The translations under genes were made by a program, and so were the position numbers. From Trichoplax adhaerens (Eukaryota > Animalia > Placozoa): a stretch of DNA of 64,000 bases. Positions within the stretch are counted from its first letter, which is position 1. Each line of letters begins with the position of its first letter. The stretch is taken from assembly GCF_000150275.1 (NCBI RefSeq), contig NW_002060955.1:1222287-1286286 (forward strand), in the 5' to 3' direction. Of this stretch, positions 63,791 through 64,000 are shown in pieces. A model generated the notes under the pieces. The model saw nothing but the letters and a program-made list of their open reading frames with translations. It was not told the origin of the DNA and ran no database searches.

Positions 63791-64000
63791 ATGAAAGCAC
63801 TTTCAAAATGGCGATCATATCACCCTATCTAAACCCCAAATTACTCTGTAATTGGTTCTATCATTGTTGGATGCTGCATGAAAGCACTTTGCAAAATTGC
63901 CATCACACCACCCAGTCTAAACCCCATATTACTCTACTGTATACTAGGCTCTAACATTGTTGGATGCTGCGTGAAAGCACTCTGAAAAATTGAGATCACA
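63791..64000. repeat. tandem repeat, about 87-93-bp unit, at least 2.3 copies (runs off the window)
   Basis: (A/G)TGAAAGCACT at 63791, 63878 and 63971, with shared TCTAAACCCCA and CATTGTTGGATGCTGC. Confidence 0.85.

Overview
AT-rich (roughly two-thirds A+T), intron-dense animal genomic DNA. The short GT-AG introns, occasional AAG acceptors and gene content resemble a placozoan (Trichoplax-like) genome, but that identity is an inference. I spliced six genes by hand: a GABA-B-receptor-like class C GPCR (+, 361-11968); mitochondrial ribosomal protein MRPS18B (+, 14420-16046); a crystallin J1/selenoprotein J-type ADP-ribosylglycohydrolase (+, about 23936/29638-31953); a GRAF/oligophrenin BAR-PH-RhoGAP-SH3 gene (-, 33377-42626); STXBP4/Synip with two PDZ domains (+, 50012-56356); and an MFSD8-like transporter (-, 58684-62895). 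Less certain: a hidden, highly divergent MED20-like gene head-to-head with MRPS18B (-, about 12858-14096). Other elements: two solo LTRs with perfect 5-bp target-site duplications plus two weaker LTR candidates; a twice-repeated 46-bp palindrome; an intronic composite of three degenerate tandem arrays, a hairpin and a decayed ORF (about 25.2-28.9 kb); and ACAGT/GTAC-rich tracts next to the 5' ends of several genes. The most notable points are the SelJ homologue with Ser at the Sec/Cys site and a candidate N-myristoylation exon, the divergent MED20-like locus, and the composite repeat element. All protein comparisons were made from remembered family motifs; no searches were run.
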